Of a DNA stretch of 64,000 nucleotides, positions 40,446-49,443 are shown in pieces. The notes under the pieces are model-generated. The model did no database searches and was not told the origin of the DNA. It worked only from the letters and a program-made list of their open reading frames with translations. Position numbers and translations under genes: made by a program. This DNA comes from an uncultured Candidatus Saccharibacteria bacterium (GTDB lineage: Bacteria > Patescibacteriota > Saccharimonadia > CAILAD01 > GCA-016700035). The stretch spans positions 16,843 through 80,842 of the forward strand of contig CAYMMM010000002.1 in NCBI GenBank assembly GCA_964391595.1, given 5' to 3'. Within the stretch, counting starts at the first letter, position 1. The number at the start of each line of letters is the position of its first letter.

Positions 40446-41255
40446 TTATACGCGTTTTTCAGATAAGGAGGAGTCCGGGTGACTGAGCATCTGTGTTTTG
40501 AGGATGAGAAACAGCTGCCGCATACTATCTGCTATCTGTTGGGAGTGAATAACGGTCCCAAAAACCTCTTGCCCATAGCTCAGATAGGCTACCTTATCGG
40601 CATAGACATTGATCTCTACCGGCATGTTATAGATATCGGGATCATAGAAGGTGTGCTCAATCAGGTGCTCCGTATGCTTTGCGGGAGTTTTCGCGAGCGT
40701 GAATCCTTTTGGCGTTAGCGACTGCACATGTATCCCCTTGCGAACTCGTGTGGCAACAAAATCATCAAGATACTCACTCCCGAGAAAATCATGCTGGTTT
40801 GGAGAAATGATGAGCATCACATCAGCTTTCGTCTGTAGAATATCATCATAAATATCCTTCAAACCCTCAACTCCCTGATACTGCCTTACTGCTGGTTGCT
40901 CGGTTAGCTGATGATAACGCTGCGTCAAACTCGGTAACAGTGATTTAAAACGATATTCATTATTGAGCAAAATATTTCTTCGACGCTCTACCAGGGTTTC
41001 GATGTTGATTGGATTGGCTGGCAAGTAGCTGAGCTTCTTCCCTATTTTTGATTTACTTACGAGATTAAGCTCCTCGAGCCGCGCGAGTATCGAGTAGGCA
41101 TTTGTGCGAGTTTCTTTGAGCTTCTCTGACACGAGCGTAGGTGTGATCTCGCCCACTTCTAGTGCCAGCAAATATGTCTGGGCTTGATTCTTATTAAGTC
41201 CAAGGCCCTCAAGAATCGCTATGTCGGTTGGTTCTGTGGGTTTTGTCGATTTCAT
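40446..41255 (-). CDS. TrmB-family transcriptional regulator
   Basis: LGL...Y..LL wHTH, 'RTNAYSIL', 'YQGVEGLK', C-terminal 'INVYADKV' effector domain. Confidence 0.88.
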   Translation of the reverse strand: MKSTKPTEPTDIAILEGLGLNKNQAQTYLLALEVGEITPTLVSEKLKETRTNAYSILARLEELNLVSKSKIGKKLSYLPANPINIETLVERRRNILLNNEYRFKSLLPSLTQRYHQLTEQPAVRQYQGVEGLKDIYDDILQTKADVMLIISPNQHDFLGSEYLDDFVATRVRKGIHVQSLTPKGFTLAKTPAKHTEHLIEHTFYDPDIYNMPVEINVYADKVAYLSYGQEVFGTVIHSQQIADSMRQLFLILKTQMLSHPDSSLSEKRV

Positions 41256-41311
41256 TTCGACATTATTATAGCAAATATATATCTGTAAGTACAGTATTTT
41301 GCCATTACATA

Positions 41312-41340
41312 TTGACTATTAGACGTATTCGTCCCATACT
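41312..41340 (+). promoter_or_regulatory. sigma70 promoter of SPFH gene
   Basis: TTGACT-17nt-CATACT. Confidence 0.65.
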
Positions 41341-41605
41341 AGGCCCATCAAAACAAACAGCACCTAGATATCAAATGAGTCACCCGCGAAGCCCCACTGG
41401 CTGACGATATACATCGTCCATCAATGGGACTTTACGACCCAATACCTTTCTACAGACCTCTTACAGAATCTCGACAGTTGCCTCGGAACAGCTGCCGGGA
41501 TCCCAAAGATCTCGGGTTTAGACCCGGCAAAATTCCGAAAACCGGACTCATACAGCAACAGTGCCAACGACTGACTCGTTGGAAAAGCACCTACCAAGGA
41601 GTAAA

Positions 41606-42631
41606 ATGTTCCAGTTCATCCTGTTCATCCTGTTGGTCGTGGCCGCCGTGGTCATGGTCGGCATGGGTCGCAAGACCTTCGCAGAAGGTTCGAGCGACGA
41701 GATGAAGGTCAACTTCCGGGCGTTCAGCCCCATCCCCCTACTCCTGGGCATCCTCATCCTCTTCTTCAGCACGTTCACCACGGTGGACGGTGGCTTCGTC
41801 GGTATCCCGAAAGCTTTCGGGTCGTACGGTACGCCGCTCGGAGAAGGAGCCCACTTCGTCGCCCCCTGGGCAGACGTCGTGGATCTCGAGGTCAGAACCC
41901 AGGAATACACCATGTCATCCAAAAGCTCCGAAGGCAACGTCAGCGGCGACGACTCCGTCTCCGTTACCGCCTCCGACCAGGTGACAATCGGTGTGGATGC
42001 AACCGTGCTCTACCGCCCGAATGCCAAGACAGCCGACAAGCTGATCAAGGACCTCGGCGAGGAGTACGTCGGCAAGATCGTCCGCCCCACCGCTCGTCAG
42101 GTCATCCGAGACGTCGGCACCCAGTACTCGGGTATCGACCTCGTGACCTCAAAGCGTCAGGCGTACGCCACGCAAGTCAAGGAGGAGATCACCAAGAAGG
42201 TGGCCGCCTACGGCATCACCATCGAGGACGTCAAGATCCGTGACATGAGCCTGCCGAAGCCCCTTGAGGAAGCCGTGAACGCCAAGGCCACCGCCGCTCA
42301 GCTCGCTGACCAGAAAATCAACGAGCTCAGGCAGGCCCAGCTGCAGGCCGACATCGACCGAACCAAGGCGCAAGCCACGGCCGACAGCCAGCAGATCGTT
42401 GCGTGTGGCGGTCACCCCGAAAACGTGACCGTCGACGGCCAGACCAAGCAGGTCGTCGTGCCCAATCGTGGCGATCAGTGCGACCAGCGTCAGCTGACAC
42501 CGGAGTTCCTCCAGAGCCAGTACATCCAAGCCCTCAAGGCAGTGGTGGATTCGCCGAACAACTCGACGATCATCCTCCCGATGGATCAGGGGCTGACCCC
42601 CCAGCTGATCCTGCCCAACGGCAAGGGCTAA
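41606..42631 (+). CDS. SPFH/band-7 (prohibitin-like) membrane protein
   Basis: Two TMs, 'GAHFVAPW', 'IVRPTARQVIRD', coiled coil; AAGGAG SD before ATG 41606. Confidence 0.92.
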   Translation: MFQFILFILLVVAAVVMVGMGRKTFAEGSSDEMKVNFRAFSPIPLLLGILILFFSTFTTVDGGFVGIPKAFGSYGTPLGEGAHFVAPWADVVDLEVRTQEYTMSSKSSEGNVSGDDSVSVTASDQVTIGVDATVLYRPNAKTADKLIKDLGEEYVGKIVRPTARQVIRDVGTQYSGIDLVTSKRQAYATQVKEEITKKVAAYGITIEDVKIRDMSLPKPLEEAVNAKATAAQLADQKINELRQAQLQADIDRTKAQATADSQQIVACGGHPENVTVDGQTKQVVVPNRGDQCDQRQLTPEFLQSQYIQALKAVVDSPNNSTIILPMDQGLTPQLILPNGKG

Positions 42632-42696
42632 CTGCAGTAACCGGCCTATCGAGGGCCTTTTGCCCCTCGTCTGATACTCGAGCAGCCTCTCGAATA

Positions 42697-42723
42697 CCCC
42701 ACCCCTTGCAACATAGGGGTGGG
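42697..42723 (+). terminator. GC-rich hairpin after SPFH gene
   Basis: CCCACCCCT-loop-AGGGGTGGG; U-tract weak. Confidence 0.55.
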
Positions 42724-42771
42724 CTTACCTGTATTTGCATAATTGCCGATAGCACCAGCATAATGAATGTC

Positions 42772-43074
42772 ATGAGCAAGACAGATGATGAACCAGGACG
42801 CGAGCTTACGACCCACGAGGAAGTAACGGGCGTCGACACACCAGAGGGGCGTGCCGGGCTTACAGATGCCTTGAGGGGCTTGCGCGATCTCGCAGTACAA
42901 AATACTGCTACTGAAGGTACGCAGCCCGGCTGGCGCATCAGTACAGAAGAACGAGCTGTCGGTAAGACAAACTTACCTAGAGCACGAGATGCACTGCGCG
43001 CTACTGAGTCACCGACTATCAAGCTAGCCCGTGAGAAAAAGGTCCGAGACGCTACTAAAAACGACCCGCAATGA
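42772..43074 (+). CDS. Hypothetical protein (100 aa)
   Basis: TTGCAT-18-CATAAT then ATG 42772 after 7 nt; ends inside bidirectional terminator. Confidence 0.6.
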   Translation: MSKTDDEPGRELTTHEEVTGVDTPEGRAGLTDALRGLRDLAVQNTATEGTQPGWRISTEERAVGKTNLPRARDALRATESPTIKLAREKKVRDATKNDPQ

Positions 43075-43091
43075 GCAGGTCGTTTTTTAGT
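43054..43091. terminator. Bidirectional intrinsic terminator
   Basis: AAAAACGACC...GGTCGTTTTT between convergent genes. Confidence 0.8.
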
Positions 43092-43104
43092 TTTGGCTAT
43101 ACTC

Positions 43105-44232
43105 CTACTGTAGGTAGTCTTTGAGGCGCTTGGAGTCTTTGTGCTTACGGAGCTTCGCCAAAGCTTTCGCTTCAATCTGGCGAATTCGTTCGCGCGTCAC
43201 GCCAAACTCCTGCCCGACTTCTTCGAGCGTATGGCTTCTGCCGTCCTCGAGACCGAAGCGCATGCGCAAGATCTTCTGCTCTCGCGGTGTAAGGAGCGAC
43301 AACGTATCGTTGATATGTTCCTTCAGAAGCTCATACGTCGCAGCATCTACTGGCGATACGGAGTCCTGATCCTCGATGAACTCACCAAGCGTAGAGTCTT
43401 CGTCCTCACCTACGGCCGCATCAAGCGAGGTTGTATCCTGGCTAATCTTCTGGATATGCAAAACTTTCTCGACATCCATTTCCATTTCTTTTGCCAGCTC
43501 TTCTGGGCTTGGCTCACGACCCAGCTCACTCGTCAATCGTCGTTGGGTACGAATAAGCTTGTTGATCGTCTCTACCATGTGCACTGGAATACGAATCACA
43601 CGAGCTTGGTCAGCAATCGCACGGGTAATTGCCTGGCGGATCCACCAAGTAGCGTAGGTAGAAAACTTAAAACCTTTGGTGTAATCGAATTTTTCTACAG
43701 CGCGCAGAAGACCCGTATTCCCCTCCTGAATCAGGTCGAGCAGATCTAGACCGCGACCAATGTATTTTTTCGCAATCGAAACAACGAGGCGCATATTTGC
43801 TTCGGCGAGCGCGTCCTTGGCTGATTTATCGCCTTGCTCGATGCGCTTCGCAAGCGCAACCTCTTCCTCGGCATTAATCAGTGGTATCTTCCCGATCTCA
43901 CGCAAGTAGAGACGCACAGAGTCATCAGCGATGTCTTTGATCGCCTCCTCGCTCACAGCATTTTCTACATCTTCCTCAGGTTCTGTCTGCCAAATAAGCT
44001 TGTCTTTTTGATCTACTACTTCAATGCCTGCATCAATCAGGGCAGAATAGAGATCATCAAGTAGGTCTACTTGTTCTTCTGCTTGAGGGATAGCCTGTAA
44101 TACTTCTTGCTGCGTGACAAAGCCTTGTTCGCGACCTTTTGTAACCAGCCTCTGCACTGCTGGCTTCAGCTCTTCAGGGATGTTTGGCTCGAGATTACGT
44201 CCCTCTTCTGGCTGTGCTTTTTTGCGTGGCAT
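43105..44232 (-). CDS. rpoD: RNA polymerase primary sigma factor
   Basis: [43 protein letters not shown]; start at ATG 44232. Confidence 0.98.
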   Translation of the reverse strand: MPRKKAQPEEGRNLEPNIPEELKPAVQRLVTKGREQGFVTQQEVLQAIPQAEEQVDLLDDLYSALIDAGIEVVDQKDKLIWQTEPEEDVENAVSEEAIKDIADDSVRLYLREIGKIPLINAEEEVALAKRIEQGDKSAKDALAEANMRLVVSIAKKYIGRGLDLLDLIQEGNTGLLRAVEKFDYTKGFKFSTYATWWIRQAITRAIADQARVIRIPVHMVETINKLIRTQRRLTSELGREPSPEELAKEMEMDVEKVLHIQKISQDTTSLDAAVGEDEDSTLGEFIEDQDSVSPVDAATYELLKEHINDTLSLLTPREQKILRMRFGLEDGRSHTLEEVGQEFGVTRERIRQIEAKALAKLRKHKDSKRLKDYLQ

Positions 44233-44286
44233 AAAAAATCCTTCCAAATTATCTAGTTTGCAATGTAATCAATATGATAGGTGATG

Positions 44287-46053
44287 TTAGTAGAAGGTAC
44301 TTTCGTCTTCCAGTAAGCCCTGGTAAGCTTTGAGAATTTCACCTGCCGACTTGGTATCCCCTTGCTGTTCAGCGACGGCAAGCTGGCGTGATAATTCCCG
44401 CTTCTTTAGAGTAAAAATATGTTTTTGTATTGTGTGTACTTGGGTAAAGGCTTCGAGCCCGCGTTCGTGTTCGCTAAGATGCGAATATTCATGTTCACCC
44501 CGTAGTGATAGCATCTTAACATCATCTTCCTTATCTGGCAAGAGTTTCGAGAGGGCGTCCTCACTGATATCAGGTGAATCAATCAAAGCCTTCATGAGTG
44601 GCTTATTGCCATCTGATATATCAGAGATATTAAGATCTTGAAGCACAATTCTGGTGTCTTTGAACGCCAACACCATCTCTATGAGCATATCTTCGAGTTG
44701 CTCTTGTCGCGAACGTTTTTTTGGTGCCTGAACATGCTGCGCAGCAGCCTCTTCTGGCTGAACTCTTTTGGTGCTCATTTGAGGTGTTTTTTGTTTCGTC
44801 TTACTTACTTGTTCTCGAAGTAGATCAGCACTGACACCCACCATAGAAGCAGTTTGAGATATGTAGTGCTCACGCTCAACTGAGTCAGTCAGACGAGCCA
44901 GAATAGGGATAACAAACTGTACAAATTTCTTCTTCCCATCCCCTGTAGACAGGTCATGCTGCGCAGCTGCGTAGCTAATGATGTAGTCGACAACATAAGC
45001 AGCCTGCTCGTAAGCCTCTTTCCACAATTTTGGATCCTGCTTTATCAGCTCATCGGGGTCTTTTGCTGATTCAAACTGGATCACTTCGAGACGAATCGGA
45101 AGACCAGCCCCGAGCTCAAGCGTCCGCTGTGTTGCCTTTACCCCAGCTTCGTCTTGATCAAAACAAAGCTTGATGCGGCTTGCCATACGACTCAGACTTA
45201 AGAGCTGCTCATGTGTCAGGGCTGTCCCACTCACCGCTACGACTTGCTCATACCCTGCCTGCCAGATACTAATCACGTCAAGATGACCTTCGACAATGAT
45301 TACTTCATCCTTGGTGCGGATCGCTTTTTTGGCTTGCTTCAAACCGAATATCGCACTCGTCTTATGGTAGATAGGTGTGTCTGGGGAGTTTATATACTTA
45401 GCGGCCTTCGCTTCACCAAGAAGCCGACCCGAAAAACCCACTGCCCTACCACGCGCATCGTACACAGGAAACATAATGCGGTCACGAAATACATCAAATC
45501 CTGACGTACGACCTGCCTTTTGACTACTCAAGCCAGCCTGCTTGAGCTCTTGAAGGCTATATCCACGTTTTACTGCATATTCAGTAAAACTCGACCAGTC
45601 TTCTGGAGCATAGCCAAGGGTATATGCCTTTATCGCCTCAGCCTTAATCCCTCGCTTATCCTTAGTATACGCAAGAGCTGGCTTGGACTGAGAAAGCTGC
45701 AGATGATAATACTTCACCGCAAGTTCCACGAGCTCATACAGGCGCGTACGATCATCACGAGGAGCGCGTGCCTGCTTGCTAAGCGTAACCCCGGCTCGTT
45801 GCGCCAACATCTCGAGTGCTTCAGGGAAGCTAATCCCCTCGACGCGCATCACGAAGCTAATCACGTCACCACCTTCACTGGCTCCGAAGTCATGCCAAAT
45901 CTGTTTGTCTGGACTCACAAAGAAACTGGGCGTTTTCTCATCCCGAAACGGCGAGCGCGCCTTGTAGTCTTTACCGGCTTTCTTCAACTCGATATAGCCA
46001 CCAATCACATCGACAATATCGATCTTCGACTTGACTAGTTCCGCATCATTCAT
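44287..46053 (-). CDS. dnaG: DNA primase
   Basis: EKTPSF, KYINSPDT, TOPRIM VEG..D and FDQDEAG; start at ATG 46053. Confidence 0.97.
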   Translation of the reverse strand: MNDAELVKSKIDIVDVIGGYIELKKAGKDYKARSPFRDEKTPSFFVSPDKQIWHDFGASEGGDVISFVMRVEGISFPEALEMLAQRAGVTLSKQARAPRDDRTRLYELVELAVKYYHLQLSQSKPALAYTKDKRGIKAEAIKAYTLGYAPEDWSSFTEYAVKRGYSLQELKQAGLSSQKAGRTSGFDVFRDRIMFPVYDARGRAVGFSGRLLGEAKAAKYINSPDTPIYHKTSAIFGLKQAKKAIRTKDEVIIVEGHLDVISIWQAGYEQVVAVSGTALTHEQLLSLSRMASRIKLCFDQDEAGVKATQRTLELGAGLPIRLEVIQFESAKDPDELIKQDPKLWKEAYEQAAYVVDYIISYAAAQHDLSTGDGKKKFVQFVIPILARLTDSVEREHYISQTASMVGVSADLLREQVSKTKQKTPQMSTKRVQPEEAAAQHVQAPKKRSRQEQLEDMLIEMVLAFKDTRIVLQDLNISDISDGNKPLMKALIDSPDISEDALSKLLPDKEDDVKMLSLRGEHEYSHLSEHERGLEAFTQVHTIQKHIFTLKKRELSRQLAVAEQQGDTKSAGEILKAYQGLLEDESTFY

Positions 46054-46128
46054 ACTGACATTATAGCCTGCTACCACTGTAATTCACGAGAAAAACCGAT
46101 CGGGATACGAAAGTTTTTGTGCTTTTCT

Positions 46129-46692
46129 TCACGCAAGGTACGACAATAGTTCAGGAAAGGTGTTCATACCTCTCGAGCCAAGAAAGTGACCGAGTCCATC
46201 CATTTCGACGAGCCTCGCATCAAGCATGCTTGCTAAGGAACGCGTCCGCGCTGGGCGTACGATGGTGTCATCGCGGCTCAATATGCACACGTACTCGCTC
46301 GCGACAATCTTGAGCCGAGTCCAGTCAGGCTCTGGTTGAAAGAACGCTGACGCTCGCTCATCAGGTGCATCATAGAAGCCCGACACCAAAATGACCTTAT
46401 CTACTCGCCCATCAATATCACAAGCCTCCAGCGCCCTTAAGGCCTGCCAACACCCCAAAGAGTGAGCTACGATCGTATCTCCGGGTGCGATAGCTGAGAT
46501 CAAGTCTTGAAGTGCTTGATTCCATGTGAGTATGTCCTCACGGTGGCGGATGGTGGGAAATCTCGGGGCAAGCACCTGAGCACCCTGGCTGCGTAGCAGT
46601 TCTTGCAACCAGCCCAACCAACCGCCTGTAGGATCGTCATCCCAACCGTGGAGGACGATGAAGCGCCTGCCCGACCAAGCGCCTACTTCCAT
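46129..46692 (-). CDS. RBBP9/YdeN-family alpha/beta hydrolase
   Basis: LHGW, AHSLG nucleophile elbow, DD..V, GHF. Confidence 0.9.
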   Translation of the reverse strand: MEVGAWSGRRFIVLHGWDDDPTGGWLGWLQELLRSQGAQVLAPRFPTIRHREDILTWNQALQDLISAIAPGDTIVAHSLGCWQALRALEACDIDGRVDKVILVSGFYDAPDERASAFFQPEPDWTRLKIVASEYVCILSRDDTIVRPARTRSLASMLDARLVEMDGLGHFLGSRGMNTFPELLSYLA

Positions 46693-47789
46693 TGCCAAGA
46701 TTCGAGCACATGATCAAACGATTTGCGACTGAAGTTGTCATTATAGGCACCCGTGATCGTAAAGGCGATGTAGTTTTTATCGCCAAATTGCTGATCGGTT
46801 TCGGGCAAAACGATGAATACATTTATGTAGACAGGGTTCCCTCCTGCTTGTGCTGCGCCGACGACTTTTACGGCATCTATATTCCCTACTTTGATATCTT
46901 CCCGAGCAGAAATGGACTTTCCCGTAGTTGCGTTCGTGATCAGAGCCTCCATAATTTTCTGTGAGTCAAACCGCTGACCAGTCCGAGTCTCAGTACTAGA
47001 CGGTGAAGGCGACGCCGATGACGCATCTTGCGCGACGAAGTCAAAGTCGCGAAAGGTAGAAATCACAACTGATGAGACCTTCTGTGCGCCGTAAAAGGCA
47101 GAAAGCTGGCAGTCCTTATTGATATCAACACGAGGAGCTGTCGGTATCTGTACGGTATAGCAGCCAGTATCTAATCGCTCATATCCCGCAGCAAGTTGTT
47201 TTTCTGCCGTATCACGGATCGGCTTAGCAGCAGTACTGGGAGTAGGGGTAGCAACCTGCTTTTGAGTCGTGAGGCGGAGCCCAATGAATATGCCTCCAAG
47301 CACAACTAATACGATCAGACCAATCATGACCAGTCGATAGGGTCCGCGCTTGGGGACGTTGCTCTTCGGCATGGGTGGCGCTGTATTTGTGGGGACCGGT
47401 TGAGGAGCGACATTACTGGTGGGCATACTGTAGCTCGTGGCTGTGGATTGTGGTGTCGGGGCCAGTCTGACAGGCGCAGGAGTAATCGGCGCAGGCGGAG
47501 GAATGACTGACAATTCATCGTCTAAAGGCGATGTGCCTTCTGGCGTTGGGAGCACCTCAGAAATAGGTTCGTGCGGTGGTGGGGCAACAACTGGTGACTC
47601 CTGCAGATCTGGAGTCACCCCAGCAGATGGAGCAAGGGGCGGTAGCTGAGCGGTATTTTGGGCATACCCCTGAGCCAAGGGGTTGTGAAAGACTGGCACC
47701 TCTTGGTGTTGTGGTTCAGCACTACTCGGCGGTGGTGGAACGGGTGGCGTCGCAGACGGGTCGCTAGGGTTGTTTGTATCAGGAGGCAT
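46683..47789 (-). CDS. Pro-rich membrane-anchored protein with PsbP-like ectodomain
   Basis: ~150-aa Pro-rich N-terminus, TM, Cys pair, ends FDHVLESWQWK. Confidence 0.65.
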   Translation of the reverse strand: MPPDTNNPSDPSATPPVPPPPSSAEPQHQEVPVFHNPLAQGYAQNTAQLPPLAPSAGVTPDLQESPVVAPPPHEPISEVLPTPEGTSPLDDELSVIPPPAPITPAPVRLAPTPQSTATSYSMPTSNVAPQPVPTNTAPPMPKSNVPKRGPYRLVMIGLIVLVVLGGIFIGLRLTTQKQVATPTPSTAAKPIRDTAEKQLAAGYERLDTGCYTVQIPTAPRVDINKDCQLSAFYGAQKVSSVVISTFRDFDFVAQDASSASPSPSSTETRTGQRFDSQKIMEALITNATTGKSISAREDIKVGNIDAVKVVGAAQAGGNPVYINVFIVLPETDQQFGDKNYIAFTITGAYNDNFSRKSFDHVLESWQWK

Positions 47790-47831
47790 AGATACTTCAA
47801 GTATAGCAGAGATAGATACTGCTCATGGTAC

Positions 47832-48434
47832 CTAAAACCGCCACTGCCACTGTTCGATAGTCGACTGTGCAAGGTCCTTGTCAGTCTGGCTCGTATACCA
47901 AGCCCGGAGCTCAAATTCCTTAATGGCAATGTTGTTGCGCAACGGCAACGCGTCATCAAGAAGTAAAAGATATGTCACCATAGATTCTTTGTTTTGCGGA
48001 TAATACTCGATATACCGTATTGCTTTCTTGCCACCCCACAACACTTCATCACGGCTCGCAAGCTGCGCATCTAGCCTCTGCCAGCGCGTGCGCCAATCCG
48101 TGTCGACATCTTTGACTTGACTCGGATAGTAGGTGTTCAGTGTGATATATGAATGCTTCCATGGCTGGGCATAAGCACTAAATGCGCACGTATCGTCTTG
48201 TATTTCCGGCTCAAACGCATCTGGAAGCAAAGTCCCACTGCAAGATGTCTCGACCAATCTCTGCCCTGCCTGGGCTTTAATGCCGAGTGGCTTCGGCTGA
48301 AAAACCACTGACACCCCGCCTTTCCAAGCGCTCGGAACCAAGTATACCCAGGCGACATAGAGAAGCAAAAATATGCCCAATATGAGACCAATAAACAAAG
48401 ACCAGTATTGAAGACTCTCTGGAAGCTTACGCAT
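47832..48434 (-). CDS. Membrane-anchored PsbP-like protein, paralog of the adjacent gene
   Basis: TM, Cys pair, ends WQWRF; start ATG 48434 overlaps arginase stop. Confidence 0.6.
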   Translation of the reverse strand: MRKLPESLQYWSLFIGLILGIFLLLYVAWVYLVPSAWKGGVSVVFQPKPLGIKAQAGQRLVETSCSGTLLPDAFEPEIQDDTCAFSAYAQPWKHSYITLNTYYPSQVKDVDTDWRTRWQRLDAQLASRDEVLWGGKKAIRYIEYYPQNKESMVTYLLLLDDALPLRNNIAIKEFELRAWYTSQTDKDLAQSTIEQWQWRF

Positions 48435-49326
48435 GATGGAGGTAGCGCGTATAGCGATCCCAGCGCACACCCAAGAGATGCGCTATTAACTCGATACTCA
48501 GATCAGCTGTCATACTGTCCGTATCTCGCTGCGGATTAAACTCAACAAGATCAAGTGCGACTAATTGCTCATACGCCAGCTGACGGGCGATGTAAGCAGC
48601 TTCTCGATATGTCAGGCCGCCGTTGTTCTGAATACCCGTGCCAGGAGCGTAGAGACAATCAACCGCATCGATGTCATAGCTTACATGGACCGGTCTGCCC
48701 GCGATCCATGCTCGAACTTGCCGCATCACCTCTCCGATACCTACGCTTGTGATGTCATCCATCGTGGCATGGCGCACACCTTCGCTCTGTATCCAGTCGA
48801 ACTCAGCCTGATCTATGTCCTTAATCGCCAAGTAAAAAATATCCTTGGCACTCCAGTATGGCCCATGGAAGTGTTCTTGCAGAGCTCCCCCAGTCGCTAT
48901 CCGTACAGGCATACCGTGCAGGTTGTGCGTCAAAGACGTACCAGGCGCTTGGACATCAGGATGAGCATCAATATATACGCACACCGCACCTTCGTGTCGT
49001 TCGCGCGTTGCAAGAAGACTGGACGTCGCCACCGAGTGGTCGCCACCCAAGACAAGCGGAATCGCATCGGATGGCTGCTCAATAATGGCTGCCCGCAAAC
49101 CCAGAAGCCACGGCACTAAGGTCCGAGCGTTTCGAACATTTTCTATTCTGTCGGCACCGACATGTTTTCGATCAGCACCCCACTGCTGAAGCTTGACCGA
49201 CCGCAAACCGGTAGCAAGAACACCTTCGAGGCCTCGATCCAATAATGTAGTTGGCCCATCTTCTGCCCCATCGCTAAAGCTTCCTAGACTTGTACCAGCA
49301 GAAAATATGACGAGGTCTTTTTGCAT
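48427..49326 (-). CDS. Arginase (ureohydrolase family)
   Basis: GGDHS, DAHPD, HGMP, SYDIDAVD, APGTG, VEFNP; start reset to ATG 49326. Confidence 0.9.
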   Translation of the reverse strand: MQKDLVIFSAGTSLGSFSDGAEDGPTTLLDRGLEGVLATGLRSVKLQQWGADRKHVGADRIENVRNARTLVPWLLGLRAAIIEQPSDAIPLVLGGDHSVATSSLLATRERHEGAVCVYIDAHPDVQAPGTSLTHNLHGMPVRIATGGALQEHFHGPYWSAKDIFYLAIKDIDQAEFDWIQSEGVRHATMDDITSVGIGEVMRQVRAWIAGRPVHVSYDIDAVDCLYAPGTGIQNNGGLTYREAAYIARQLAYEQLVALDLVEFNPQRDTDSMTADLSIELIAHLLGVRWDRYTRYLHHA

Positions 49327-49443
49327 AATACCCTCATTATACCTATACCCGTTATGCTTAGCACGTTTCAGACAGGTTCCATGCAAAGTGAGAAACCCCC
49401 AGATCCCGCTCCGCATACCCTCAAAAACATATACAATAGAGGT

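Noticed and set aside
41401-41430. Hammerhead ribozyme core (CTGACGA), also at about 61488
   Set aside because: No stem II followed by GAAA, and no compatible stems I/III
41524-41552. c-di-GMP-I-like GGCAAA...GAAA...GGAC
   Set aside because: P2 pairing is poor and the GCAAAGC/P3 tetraloop receptor is absent
42403-43175. 223-aa (+) and 201-aa (-) ORFs spanning the SPFH end
   Set aside because: They cross a terminator-like hairpin and overlap SPFH or rpoD; only 42772-43074 has promoter support
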